Shown here: positions 23,774-38,282 of the stretch, in pieces | How the letters are laid out: every line of letters starts with the position of its first letter | How positions within the stretch are numbered: the stretch's first letter is position 1 | DNA from: Lingula anatina | Lineage: Eukaryota > Animalia > Brachiopoda | Direction of reading: 5' to 3' | Length of the DNA stretch: 64,000 bases | NCBI GenBank assembly: GCA_051362555.1 | Contig: CM120647.1 | Location: 19,816,651 to 19,880,650, forward strand | Made by a program: the position numbers and the translations under genes | Notes under the pieces: generated by a model | What the model was told of the DNA's origin: nothing | The model's database searches: none | Seen by the model: only the letters and a program-made list of their open reading frames with translations

Positions 23774-25425
23774 AATAATAATAATAATTTATTTTTCTAT
23801 GGCGCATTCCATTAAAAATCTCAATGCGCCTTACAACATTCACTTAAAAGAGCTAAATAACACAATACTAATATAAGAACACATTACAATTTTAAAGGAC
23901 TAAGAACTAATTTAAAGAACCAATTATTCATATTCTAAAATGATAAGAACCTAAAGTGACAACATTTAAAATTAATCATAAAATTACAGTACACCTTATT
24001 AAAAACTAAAATGAACTATATGATATTTACTGATAGGCTATTCTAAAAATATGAGTTTTCAAAAGCTTTTTAAAAGTATTTATGTCACCTGCTGCTCGTA
24101 TTTCAGAGGGTAAGGTGTTCCAAACTTTGGGTGCATATATCATAAATGCCCTTTCACCGTAAAATTTACCAGCTTTTTTCTCTAAGACACTGTGTTCTAA
24201 AAGTAAATGGCTAAAAGTTGAAGACCTGGTAACTCTTCCATGCTGATGTTGCTTCATAAGTTCTGAGATATAAAGTGGTTTATTCTCAGTGACTGCTTTA
24301 AAAATGACACATAAAATTTTAAATAAAATTCTCTCTCTTACTGGAAGCCAGTGAAGTTCCATCAAAACAGGTGTTATATGCTCTCGGCTGTTCCATCCCA
24401 TTTTAGTTACCAGCCTAGCTGCAGAATTTTGAATTAATTGAAGTTTGTTCAGATGATTTTTGCCTAAACCATATAAGAGACTGTTGCAATAATCAAGCTT
24501 AGAAGTAATGAAAGCATGGACTAGTTTTTCAGTTGAAGTTTTGTCCAGTAAGTCACGTATCTTACTAATTCGCCAAAGTGAGTATGATGCCGATTTGCAA
24601 ATTTCAGAGATCCGTCTATCCATAGTTGCATACTGATCAAAGGTGACACCTAAATCTTTCACATAGCTAGATGGATTGATGTTGACACCACCGATACAAA
24701 GATCAGATTTCATTGCATTTCCCCTGTCTGGCTTAGACCTTGATGTAAACCATATTAGTTCAGTTTTTCCATCATTTAGTGCTAGCATGTTTGTTTTCAT
24801 CCAATTTCGGATCTCAACTAGACAAGTTTCTATTGAGGTGATAGCCATGGAGCGATTACTTTCACTTGTGACATAAATTTGAGTGTCATCAGCAAAAATG
24901 ACAGTGTTGAGACCATGTTTAACTATAATGTCTTCTACTGGTAGCATATACAATGAAAAGAGCAATGGACCTAGCACAGACCCCTGAGGGACACCATACT
25001 CTACAATAGTGGGCTCTGATAGCAACGACTCAATTGACACCTTTTGTGTTCAATCTTTTAGATATGAGGTTAACCAATTAAGTGCTAAATCATTTACTCC
25101 AAATCGGTACTGTAGTCTGTGCAGAAGTATGTTGTGGTCAATGGTGTCGAATGCAGCAGACAGATCTAAAAGGACTAAAATAACATCTTTTTGTTTGTCT
25201 AAAGAAAGCATGATGTCATTATGAACCCTTAGGGGAGCTGTTTCTGTGCTATGTCCTTCTCTATAAGCTGATTGAAACTTGCCATATAGACTGTTTTGAG
25301 CTAGATAGTTATTCAGTTGTATACATGCCATTTTCTCAAGAAACTTCCCTAAGAAGGGCAAGTTTGATATTGGTCGATAATTTTTAAACACTTGTTTGCA
25401 CAGGCCTTGTTTTTTTTTAACAAGG
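23774..25425 (-). mobile_element. 5'-truncated LINE (L2/CR1 group) with reverse transcriptase remnant
   Basis: NYRPISNL, LDLSAAFDTIDH, GVPQGSVLGPLLF, FADD, LHWLPV motifs. One in-frame TGA at 25050-25052 splits the ORF. 3' hairpin GGCGCATT..AATGCGCC (23801-23830) and (TTA)n tail. GACAT on both flanks. Confidence 0.93.
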
Positions 25426-26509
25426 GACATGGAAATTCAAGGGTGGAGGGGGGGGGGGGGGTGATGCTGTGACGTATCGATTAAAGTAACAAAAATAGCA
25501 CAGCTTTGCATCGGTGCTAATGGACGGTGAGGTAAGCGTTTTAGGATACCAAAATGTTCTTGCGTCCATCATTAACCGGACCAATGAAATGCATGTACCC
25601 TAGCAAACTGATTACTTTATTACTGTACATGGTTCCACGTGCGTGCAGTGAATATTGTTATAATTTTTCTTTTTTACTTAATTTGTAGGATGGACAATTT
25701 CAGTCCTATAACTTGATGAATCTCTTTTTTGTCAGAATTTGATACCCCCTACTCCTACTAGAAACATTGCTAAAATAATCGTTTTTTTTTTTTCTTGAAT
25801 TCACGTTCTCTTCGGTTCCTTACCCCGAGTTTGTATTGAGTGGTAGATTGCTTGCGCCCTTCACACGGAACTCACATACCCTACCTGGTATCCCTCCAAA
25901 GATATAATATAGGAGCATTAATTTTGAAAAGGTAGATGATAGGCATTAAAAATCGATTTCTGAAAATAATTTCAAAAAGGAAGACAATGGAGCACACATG
26001 GTTTCGTACTAATAGGGTGAACAACGCCAACATAAAAAATTTAATAAATGAAAATACTTTTGTTAATAATAATAATAAAAATAATAATTTTTGTTTAAAA
26101 AAATCCCATTATGCTCACTTCTAAAATTTTAACCAAGTTAAAAAACAAAGTTACGTAGTAAATTCAAAGTAGTACTCTCAGTTTGGCAGTAATAGGGACT
26201 GATGTGTTGAACGGCAACTACACGGACAGACACGGTACCTGTGCATGAATTTGTTTGCAGACACTATTAGATAGGTATTCATTAAATTCCTTCTATTTAT
26301 TATTATTTTTTGGCTTAGTAAGTATCAGTATTACAATAAAAGAGCAGTATTCATTCCATACATGTACTACGCAAAATAAATATAAAAACCATGTGTCTTT
26401 ACTACAGTAGCAAGTGTTCTTGCTATTGATTCAGTAGTTTACACGTAGATATATAAAAAAATACATAAAAATATTAAGAAAACAAATAACTAAACATTTC
26501 TTCCCAAAG

Positions 26510-27693
26510 TTAAAGATCATCATCGCCCATATCCATCCTCCCGGGCTCCGCCGTTTCCTCGTCCCGACATTTAGCGTTCTGAAGTTCTCTCCGTATCTCC
26601 GGCGTTATCTGGTGGTGTACATGTACACGCAACAGTTCAAATAGTCCCTCTTTCTGTTCGCTAGAAACATCCTGTTTGTATCTCTGTACAAATGTCAAGA
26701 AACACTGGTGCCAGAGGACCGGAAGTTCTCGCTGATCTGTCTTGAACCTGGTGTAGAAATTAAAGAACGTGTACTTATTTAAGAAAGTTGCTTCTTGGGC
26801 TGCAAGTTCAGGGCAATGGGTAGCCACCATGATAGCTTAAAATGAGGCTGACGGCACTGCGTCGTTTGAAAACAAGACTGAATTTAAAAAACGTGCGTGA
26901 ACTTCCATTCCTGATTAAAACCCCCTTTTACGTGAAAATTGCAATTACTAAATTATGTATCATTGGTTCAAAATATCAATCTTGCACCTCTTTTTCTTCT
27001 TTTTAACACCATTTATTTTCTCATATAAAACCTCTTACATTACCTTAAGAAATGAAAAACCATCGCATCCACCACTCTGTAAGGCAGGGCGTACTTCTTA
27101 TCAAGAAGAGTCCTTAGAAAAATACTGTTGGCGCCATTGTAGTCCATTTCGGCAATTTTCAAGATGGCGGCGGCGGAGTGAAGCATAGGGATAGAGTGCT
27201 TTCCCAACACACTGGACAGAATTATAGCTTCACGAAGAGTGCAGTTACCAGCCTTTATGTAACACAAAATAATAAATTCTACTATCTTACATACATATGT
27301 TTCTTTATATAATCATTTTCATTAATTTATATGCCTTCTAATATGTCTATAACAAATGTAAAATCCAAACCTTGTTTTAGAATTGATTAAAATCATTATT
27401 TAATATTATAATAAGTGTGTTTTTTTTCTTTTCAATACAGGAAACGTGGGCAGTTTGAGATCTTCAGTCGAAATCTTCATGTAAATCTTTTAATAAAAGC
27501 TAATATAGGCTCTTGCAAAAAAAGTTGGAAATATTAAGTAAAATTTCATCTTCACCTCGCACAATGGTAATAAGATCCCCTTGAAAAATGCTGCTGGCTT
27601 GAAAAGAGCTTTCTTCAATGCCTGGTAATAAAGCAATTATATCAAGTAACACTTCTCTGGTTTTAAATGTATTCTTCATTCACAATAAAAAAG

Positions 27694-27740
<47 letters not shown>

Positions 27741-29694
27741 ATTCACATAAATCCTACTAAATCTGATATTTCATCTTAAGTGTGAAACAATAATGAGCTT
27801 ACATCTCCACTTTTGGTTATAATGAAAATTGGTAAAACAGGCTTTTCTTGTCACTAGCATAACGGTGGTAAAAAAAGTTAATAATTTCTTTAGACATTAA
27901 CATGACTATTTTCACCTGAGGCACATAAACGAGTCAGTCACAAGTTGTAGGTTATGATGAAAGGTTGCACCATTAGATTCAGGGACACAAAAAATTGTTT
28001 TGTCTCTTTGAAAACAATTTACTTTTTTATAACACAGAAATCATTTCACATTCTGTCATATTCTTCAACTTGCATTTCAATATGACATCATTCCCAAGTC
28101 CTACCATATAAAGATGGAAATTCAGCCGCTTGTACTCTGCAATATCGTCCCGTATCCTTGGCAACAGGACCAGATTGAAGAACCTCTGAGCCATCTTAGC
28201 GTTGAGATTGGAGGCAAAGATTCTGGTGGCCTGGTACATGGCAGCTGCAGACCACGTCTCTGGCTCAGTGACATATAGGATCTGTTTGGAGAAGAAATTA
28301 TCATAATATGAGAAAATGTCACACACTTGATTTTGGGATGTGAGAAGAAAATGTAAATCCAAATGGATCAGTAGCCTTACAAGTAGGGGTTTAAGGATGC
28401 TTAAATCTGGGAACTGCCATAAAGTAGATTTAAATCAGAATAAAATGTCTGATATTACCGATGGTAAGGTAAATGGTGAATTTAAATGATGAATTGGCAA
28501 ACTGTTAATAAGTGCCAGAAAAACTATTTTTTTCTTGATTTCTTTTTCTAGACAGTTATTTTTTTTCATACAACCTACAACCTCAGTTGTTTTTTTTTCG
28601 CTTAGCCAAATCACCGTTTTTTGTCAATTTGTTATCCAAATGGTATCAATTTGACTAAAATGAGTCAAATCAAGCCCTTATTGTTTAGCCAAGTTAAGTC
28701 ATTTTTAGCATTTGGCTAAATTGGCGAGTGTTAGCGCTACCCCAGCTACATCATTTAATTGTGTTAGGTGTGCTTGTGATCAGTAAAAGGTGATTGTGTT
28801 TGTTGTGATGATGTCACAGTCACATCACATTACCTGCTCCCAGTTAGCCAGTGCTGGGACAATCTTGAAAGCTTTGGGCAGTTTACCACTCCTGTATCTC
28901 TGTAACACCTGTTTGATTTGTTTGTACATGTTCACCACTCTCTCATCTAGCTCTTGTAAATTAACGCTGGCATTATCTGGAAAATATGAAAAAAAAAACA
29001 ATGTTTTATAATTCACCAAGGGCCCTTGATGCACACATATTGGCTTTACTATGCTTTCAAAAGATTTTTTTATGTGGAAGTTACTGGATGTTTATTTATT
29101 GGCTACACTGCAGTTTGTTTCTTCTACTTGAAATTTTATAAGCATTTTATTTATTTATTTTATTGGGTATAAAATACTGAAATGAAGTGGATCACATTAG
29201 AGCTATTAGACCTGCTGTAGCCTGGCCTGCTCCATTAGACCTGCAGAGGTCTAGCAATAAAACCAGAGCTGTGAACTAATCCATTTAATGGCAAGTGCTG
29301 TAGCAGGGACACCATCAGCAGATTAGTTGGCTCTGCTTTCATGTAGGGTCCCCCATATTTGATCCGTAGATCAGTAAATTGGAGGATCATCTGTTGTGAA
29401 TGCCCCCAGACAGTGTCAACATGCATGTTCCACATGCTAGTATAATATAAAATATCATAATCCATAAATGCATATTGTGCTAGGTAGTATTGTTATAATA
29501 TTAGACAAAACTGTGTTGAATGAAACCAGAAAATCCATAGCTCTATTTACCTGACATCTTGGACTGGACTTCTGTCTTTTTCTCAGTGATCTTCTCCTGA
29601 ATTATGTCTGCCAGAGTTCTCTTCACTGGAGGGTTACTGGACATAAACATCTCTAGAGCTCTCTCATCTTCCTGGTCAACTTCCTACCAATTGC

Positions 29695-29752
<58 letters not shown>

Positions 29753-31263
29753 TATTACTACTACTACTACTACTAATAATAATAATATTTATCTATAGTC
29801 TAAAATCCATATATAAAATGTTCAATAGACTTAACATGGGTAAAATGAACAGAATCAGATGACTAAAATAAATTTTAGGTGGTTAAAATATAAGTTATGA
29901 ACTAAAGATGTGAACTAAAATGTAATTGAATTGATATTGATTTACTGCATATGTAAAATTAATTTAAAATGTTCAGTAGACTTTACCTAAAAAAGAGACA
30001 AGTACTAAAAAAGTCAGGCCCCGGTTTCACCTTAAGTTAGGTTCCCTGGCTAAAAACTTTATTACTAACATGACAAGTCACATGAACACAGTACAATGAC
30101 TTACCACGTGTTCATACTCTGCCTCATTCCCAGACAAACTGTCGTCATCATCTTCAGAATCAGAGTCTGCCTTTGATGGCCCTGAACCCAGTGATACGCT
30201 TTTAGGCTTCTCTTTCTTTCGTCTAATTTGAGGGACCAGACATTACAAATACACATATCAAATTGATATAAAGAAGAGTAAGAATATAGCATATAGTTAA
30301 CTTAGGGTGCTTTCCCAGAGATTTAGATCGATCTAAAGATTAAGTTTTAGATCGACCTAACTCCCTGGGGGTTAACGCAGTCAGCCGAGCGGGCACCATA
30401 GTTAATTACCCCCTTACAGCTTTTAGTAGGCGGGACAGACGCTTAAGCCGGCCAAGCTGACAGTAATCTAGTGAGACTTCCCACTGGGATAGATCGATCT
30501 AAAAATCTATGGAAATGGGGTGTTAGACTTTATCCCAATAAATTAGCAGGCACAGACCAAACAATTTCTTACAGAACATTGTCTCAATGGTAATACAAGT
30601 ACTTTACTCTGAAGTTGGCTGTACTTTGAGAAACTACTAAGGCATTGTTTTTTTTTTTTTTTTTTTTTTTTTTGTTATTATTTAATATAATATTTGTTTT
30701 AATGTATAATAATAACTATTATTATTATAATTTAAGAAATAGGAATGTTAAGGGCAGAAAATATTACCTGACTCCATATTCCTCCTCCATTTCCTCCTGC
30801 TGTAGCCTGGCCTGCTCCAAAATCTTCTTAGATAATTTGTCATCTACAAACTAAACGAAATGCCCCTAAATTGTCTGTTCATTCGTAATTAAATATCTTC
30901 AGACGTTCTGCGCTGTCTTAACTGTCACGAGAAACAAATACGGCTATGACTATATCACATATAATATCAACTTTAACTCACTGTGCTAGAGCTAGAATTA
31001 GTCCCAATTACTATACAACTAAGTAACAAAATACAGATCACATGTAGTCTATGTGTACAAGCATTTAACTTAGATTTTACATGTGTGTACTTAGCACTGG
31101 TCTCACATTACATTACACGGGTTACCTCGTCATCTTTGTCTTTTCTGTCGCGTTTCTTCTCTCGTCCTGGCTCTCTAACCGACTTATCCTCCGTCATTTG
31201 ATCACCGAGAGGAGCATTTCGCCCTTCTGCTCTGCCAAATCTGGCTTTTTTGCTCTTCCCCAT
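26510..31263 (-). CDS. BYSL: Bystin (Enp1 homolog, 40S biogenesis factor), ~434 aa, 9 exons (31126-31263, 30768-30850, 30105-30222, 29551-29683, 28834-28976, 28105-28281, 27556-27621, 27044-27252, 26510-26747)
   Basis: [63 protein letters not shown] motifs; in-frame splicing (1305 nt). Confidence 0.96.
30305..30522. mobile_element. MITE, PIF/Harbinger-like, copy 2 (BYSL intron 2)
   Basis: Homologous to 10911-11124; TTA flanks; ttagatcgatcta inverted ends. Confidence 0.65.
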
Positions 31264-31784
31264 CTTCTCCAACACGTGTGCTCTCTATGAAATGGAGGTA
31301 AGATATGCAGGAAGAGAGGAAACTGGCTGCATTACATGGTCGTACCTCCACAAACCACTACATTCCAACTTGGGTCATCTCACTTGGATCGGGTATACTT
31401 CAGTGAGAATAGGGGCCTATGTTTTAAAAATAAACCCAAAACAATCTTATCCTCTGGGTTTTGAATACTCAAGGCACTGGATAATCTGAAAAAGAACAAT
31501 TAATAAATAAGCACTTGCACGCAAACACGCAAAAAATTCTTAGCGGTCTCATCGAGTTTGTTTTTTGTTTGGATTTCATAGCTTTTATTGGATACATACA
31601 TAAAGTGTTAAGGTGCGCGTAGTGTAATGTAAAAGATGTATTGAAAGATGGAAGTTTAGTACACGTAAACTAATTATCCTGTGACCCATTTAAAACTAGG
31701 TCAATGGCAACAGCCTGGTACCACATCAGGCGTTCTCGATCTGCTGATTAACGGGGACTTTAAATTCCTACGATCTGCTGCAAG
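31264..31784. promoter_or_regulatory. Probable bidirectional promoter between BYSL and the SDR gene
   Basis: Divergent start codons are only ~520 bp apart. Confidence 0.6.
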
Positions 31785-33928
31785 ATGGATGCCCCGAGCT
31801 TTAAGGAAGTCGTCACCCTCTTACTGAAAGTGATCTGGGAGTTCATCCACGCCGGGTTCCGCCTTATTGTCCCGTATCCAAAGAAGAATATCAGCGGGGA
31901 GATCGTCTTGGTGACGGGATCTGCTCACGGCATAGGGAGAGAACTAGCCTTGAGCTTCGCCCGCTACGGGGCCACCTTGGTGCTGTGGGACGTAAACAAG
32001 GTACATATTTAACTTGGTTTAATAGTTTGCCGTATAGTGTATTGTATGGAACTTTCTGGGGTGTGTAGCATAGTACATCAATCATGGGCATATAACTTTA
32101 TTAGTGTGTATGTGGGTGTGTGTAGATGTGGGGGGGGGGGGGGGGGGCGCAGGGGGAGAACTGGAGACACGTGCAGTGAGTAGAAGCTGGACTTATAAAT
32201 AGTAGCAGTGCATGTACGTGATAGGCTACTGACTGAGCAATGTTATAAAACTGTAATCATGTTTTTGTATGAGAATAAAAATACCGGTCATTTCATGCAC
32301 ATTAATTGTGCCCTGGATAATTAAACTGCGGTTGCTACATCCTGGTTATGCAATTAAGCGATTTAAACTTTTTGAAAAAAAAAACTTGTAGGAAAAAACG
32401 ACAATCACACAGACCTATTAATGTTATAAATTAATTTGCACCAATTAATTATTATCAGGATGGAAATGAGGCTACAGCTGATGAGGTGCGTAAACAAGGA
32501 GGCACGGCTCACGCGTATCTGTGTGACGTCAGCAACACTGATGACGTAAAGCGTGTTGCTGAGAGGGTGAGGAGGGACGTGGGAGACGTCACAATACTGG
32601 TGAACAATGCAGGTATATCAGTAGACTTACTACTTCATATTCTAATAAATATTATATAATCAGGCTTCATTCAAGAAGAACATTTTATTACTATTTTTTA
32701 CAAAAATTATTTTGAACAGCATTGCATCAGTTCAAAATGTTTTAATTATTAAATGAGTTTTCTCACTAAGAATACGTTTATGGTGATTAAGGTGCAATGG
32801 TTTCATTTTATTTTGCTTCATTGTATTTTGTGTGTGTGATTTAAAAGAGGTTACTGTGAATGTTTGAAAACCTAACAATTCACTATAAAATGTCAGACAT
32901 ACACTGTATTTCTATTACATTCTAATTGCACCTTTTTATTTATTTATTTATTTATTTATTTTTTACACAAGACAATAAATTTACAGAAGAGCTATCTTTG
33001 ACTGATGAGAAAATTAAAATGCATGTACTGTGGAATGTCAGAAAAATAATACAGTTTAGCATAAAAGTTCTTATATATATCTACATTTCAGGAATACTGC
33101 ATGGGTTAGATCTCCTCCAACTAACTGATCAACAAATTAGAAAGACTATAGAGATTAACACTATGGCACATTTTTGGGTTGGTGATAGCCTCTCTTTTGT
33201 AAAAACTTAAATTTCTGCTCTCTCTTTTCAGCCTGATTTTTCTGTGTTTGCTCTAGAATTTTGTTTTCTTTTAACAGAAAAAAATGTATTTTTATTAAAG
33301 TGAATAGTGGACTGGCTATTTTTATATTTTGTATTTCTTTTGTATTTGCTTGAGACTGAGTTATTCAATTAAAATTTTTATGAAAAAAATTTGAAATTTT
33401 AAAGGTTTCCTTGTTCTGTTATTTTCCTTTGAAAAACGGCTTTATATTTTTTTACAATGTCTCATGTTGCTTGCAGTCTATGGTGGTGAAGTTTTAAGTT
33501 GATTTTGCTGAAAACAAAAACTTTTAACTTTGTTTTATTTTAATTTATTTGTACCACTAGGCATGTCAGTTTGACTTTTCACTGATTTGTTACAAAACAA
33601 TTTGTTTTTTTGAAGTTACCTGGTTTACATTGTCTTATGATAATTAATTATGTTTTAACAAAGCAACATTGAATATTTTTGTATTTTTCAGACTGTGAGG
33701 GAATTTCTACCAAAAATGCTTGAATTTGACCATGGTCACATAGTGACTATATCATCAATGTCTGGGTTTTATGGGGCGTCTTACTTAGTGGATTACAGGT
33801 GGGTCCAGTTGGGTTTTTTTCTTTCTTTCTTTCTTTCTTTCTTTATTTATTTATTCTGGAAACACCTGGATATGGTAACACTTGCCAGTTTCTTTCTTTC
33901 CACCTCTCTCAAACACACAAAAATACAC

Positions 33929-33963
<35 letters not shown>

Positions 33964-35454
33964 CTCTTTCTTTACCTAGAGGGAGATGAAGAAAGGGTTA
34001 TAAAAGCTGAAACCAAAAAACTCTGCATATCTTCTTGGTGTCACTAATACTGCTAATAATTTCTGCATTGCTTTTCCTTCACTGTAGCACCTCAAAGTAT
34101 GCCGTCCGAGGTTTCACAGAGGCCTTGGCGGAGGAGATCAGAAGATTGGGGAAGACTCAAATAAAAACAACGACAGTGTTCCCCATGTTTGTGGACACAG
34201 GACTCGTAACAGGAATTGATCAGAGGTGAGTACATATAGTATATTAATAAATATAAAATGAACAGAGAAATGGATAGGTGGATAATAGATTTCTAAATCA
34301 GCAGGTGACTAAACAAATTAATTAATAAAAGATGAATTATTTTATCTGTAAAATAAATTGATAGATCAGCTTGATTGAACAATAAATTGTAAATAAAAAG
34401 ATAAATAGATGAGTAGATGAGTAAAAGTTGAATACTAGGAAAGAGGGCAAAATGTTTTTCTCCTTGAAATATTCTAAATCTGTAAGAGAAAGAGAAAGTT
34501 GAGTATTTTGCTGCATTTTACATTTGACTAAAAGGGTGGTTTTTGTATTCATGGGTCAAGAACTACACCAGTATGTATTAACTTTCATATACAGTATAAG
34601 TATGTATGTATATATATAGGTATGTATGTATATATAACTTGTTATAAATTGTTCTTTAATTCAGGTTTGAAAAACAATTAACCCCACAGCAAGTGGCTAA
34701 AGCCACAGTCAGCGGAGTTCTGAGAAACAGATTACACGTCTTTGTGCCTAGAAAATGTGACTTCACTGCAAGATTAAAAATGTAAGTATTGTGTTGTTAT
34801 AATAATATATATTATAATTATATTTTTATTGTTATTATCTACCAAATAGATTATTTTTCTGTCAGTTGGTTTGTTAGGAACTGACCTTACTCAAAACATT
34901 CTGGACTGATTCTCATACAAGTGTCTGGATGGGTCAGAAATAGGGTAACTTTAAATAAAAATATTTTTATGATCCCCTTATTAATAAATTAGTTAAGTAA
35001 TCAAAATTGAGTTGCCTTGTTGGAGCTTTGTGCTCGCTGTTTTTTATTATTGTTCATTTTATTGCTTTTTAAAATATTTTTCATTAGTTTGTCCTTGGAA
35101 GGCACGTGTAGCTCACTTGAGTTAAAATTGTGATAGATGTCAGCCTTCTTGATCTGTAAAGAAGTTAAAGATAAGGCCAAGTTAGGTGGTATTTTAGACA
35201 AAAAAAAAGAAAAAACAATTCTGAGACAAGTGGATGAACTTATTTTCTCATGAAAAAGTGTAGAATTTTAGAAACCCACATTCTCAGTGTCAGTTTTTTC
35301 TTTGTCAAAATTTGACTTTTAAATTTAAAAAATGTACTTGTACACATTTAACATATTTGTTTTTTATTCCAGGTTCTTACCTACAAAAGTTATTAATTTA
35401 CTCATTGATTTTGGAAACAGCAAAATTCAGCTGCAAGAAAAAAAGTCAAAATGA
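31785..35454 (+). CDS. Short-chain dehydrogenase/reductase, SDR16C type (RDH10/SDR16C5/HSD17B11-like), ~299 aa, 7 exons (31785-32000, 32459-32612, 33092-33177, 33692-33798, 34088-34225, 34665-34781, 35373-35454)
   Basis: N-terminal hydrophobic anchor, TGSAHGIG, NNAG, AHFWT..FLPKM, catalytic YSTSK; C-terminal KKSK; in frame (900 nt). Confidence 0.93.
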
Positions 35455-36108
35455 CATCACTAGCGGAGGTCGCAATCAAGAAAAACGAAAAATAACTGAG
35501 GGTTAATGGAAGATGAAAGCGAATCTTTAATGCGATTTTTGTTATCTGGAATTGCCCATTTACTTTTCAATGTCATGCTAGATTCTTTACATATAACCTT
35601 TTATTCTGATTTTTTAAAGTAACTGCCCACTGAACTTATTTAATTGTTATATCGCTTCATATCTAAGACATTATGTATTTTAATTTACCTTCATGATCAA
35701 CGATCTCCTTTTGTACAAATTAATCCAATTAGGAAAAAAAGAAAATTAATTATTTAAACGTGTTTTCGTAGGCAATCAAAGTCATTTTATAGTACAAGTT
35801 ACAGCGCTTATATAACTAAATTGGAAAAAAAAACATCTGTGCAATAACTAGTATGCATGTAACGGTATTTTTAATTGATTTAGTGACGGTACATAAAAGT
35901 TTATACTGATCTACAAACTGTCACAAACTTATTTTATGATTTAAACATTTGTATATTATTTATATTATAAAGCTGACATATGTATATTCACAATAAAGAA
36001 TTTTGTATTCAGAAGGTGTTCAGGGTAATTGTGTATGCTTAGTGATCCAGACTTGAGCTTTTACCACAATTTACGTAAGGTGTTTGGTTCTACAATAAAT
36101 CTTCAGAG

Positions 36109-36141
<33 letters not shown>

Positions 36142-36966
36142 CCCCGGGCCCATGTCTGTGATCCCTTTTAAACAGCATTACCAAAGCAAGCTACATTGTA
36201 CGTTATGTGTTTGTGTTGCGCACGCGGCGATGCTCGCGTTCGCGCATCACATATGTGTAACTGTATTGATAAGTAATCCATAGATCACGTGATAGAGTGA
36301 AAATCAAGAGAGCATGGGCTCTCCATTGGTCAATGAGTTCAGTACTGTTTGGGGTACTTTTCTATATATTCTCTTATCTGAGGTGCCTTATCAGAAGTCG
36401 TAACCTTATTGAACTAGATCGTCTGGGGCATGTGGAGCGGTATATCAAGGACCTGAAGTCAAGGACGGGACAATACGGGGCTGCATTGTATATTTGTCTG
36501 TTTTTAAAAAAGGTTAGACACCACCAATTTAAAGGGGGGGGAGGGGGTGCTGGAAAAAGTGCATCTTTTACCATGAAACTTTCGTGTACATTGATTAAAA
36601 TTCTAATTTAATTACATTTTCATCAGAGGGGTCTTTTTCTCAACATAAGTGGTGATTCGTTTGAAGCCTCCCCCCCTCCGGTTCCGGGCCGTGAGCTCCC
36701 CTTGAAAGAGATTATTTGACACCAAGGCGATAGTGGACGCAACTAACATTTGCGCGTGTCACGAAAACCACATAGCTCACTGACTAAAAAAAAATTAGTG
36801 AACCATTAACTGTACTGAGTAGTGAACCATTAATTGTACTGATAGTCTTCGAAATTTGCATATATGAGATATGCATAAATGTAAATCAAGATATAATTTC
36901 AATGCATCTACAATTAAGTTAATGTATATAGGCATGGCATGTTGCATGTCAGTAAGGAAGTTCATT

Positions 36967-37347
36967 TGTAATAACCTACCGGTTTGGTTATTCAGGTTTT
37001 TTTATTCTTTTTCACCAATAAGACAACTGAAACAGGCAGGTATAGTTTCTGCTATATGATTTATTCAATTGACTGTACAACTCGGGTCTCTGCTCTCTTC
37101 CTCCATCTCTCTACAGGTATCTATAACTATATCTCTATCTTACTATGTCCATCTATAAGTCTATTATATGGCTCTCTATATCGCTCCCTGTAACTCAGTC
37201 GCTACTTTTAAACTCTATCATAATTTACATTTCAAATGAACTTTCATGAATAACTCATGTAGCAGAAACCATACCTGCCTGTCTCAGTTGTTTTATTGGT
37301 GAAAAAGAATCAAAGAACCTGAATAACAGAACCGGCAGGTTATTACA
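36967..37347. repeat. Foldback/MITE with ~90 bp inverted arms
   Basis: 36967-37056 is the approximate reverse complement of 37258-37347. Confidence 0.75.
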
Positions 37348-37842
37348 ACGTTGCAGGGTTTGAAATAAATTAATACCGTTAGACCTTAACATCGGATGAG
37401 ACCAGCCACTCTCAAAATGACCAGCGTCCAACTCAACTCCCGACCCAACTTTCATTCCGCCAATTTTCAAAGGAGATGCTGCCAGCTGCGAGGAATGCAA
37501 TGTCACCACAAACTTCCCCCCCCCCCCATCCATCCACCCACCCACCCCATGCAAAGAAACAGCGTGCACCAGTAGCTACCAGCGATAACGGGGGACTCCA
37601 TATACATAAAAAGGTGAGATTTTGCTACTGACCAATGACGGTGTGCCACGTTTAGGACGTTGACCTCGGTGAATGTCCGCTTTGCATTCCTTGTCTTGAA
37701 ATGCTCTCCATATCAGCCGCACTTGATGCCTACGTGACTGTTATAACATCCGCCGGTTGCTGAGGGATTCACCGCCACTCCGATTTCCAAAATTATTTCC
37801 TGGTACAATTATCCTTACGTTTGATGTGACCCCTCCTTAAAA

Positions 37843-38243
37843 ATGACGACTTTTAATAGGATTTTCGTGTTGGCCAGACAGTACTTTCTTTTATTTCTTG
37901 ATTGGTTTTGCCAGACTTTCTTAGGCAGGCGACTCATCCCGCTTACCGAGGAGAGTCTGTTAAAAAAATTCCCTCCAGAAGACCGTCGTCTCTTGCTGTC
38001 GGAAACTCTAACTCGTCGCTGGTGGTACGAAGGATTCACCATACTTTTGAAATGTTTTCGTGAAGATGAGACGTGTACCTTGGCCGGGAGGCAGGTTATT
38101 GAAACAAGATGGACAGAGATTCTCCGAAATCGCTTGGCAATATCAAAGCACTTGGCATCTGTTGACTTGACCAAGGTACGTGTGCATGTGACGTACTGTT
38201 ATATGTTTATATATATTGATCGTTTACGTGTGTGAAACGGTAT

Positions 38244-38282
<39 letters not shown>

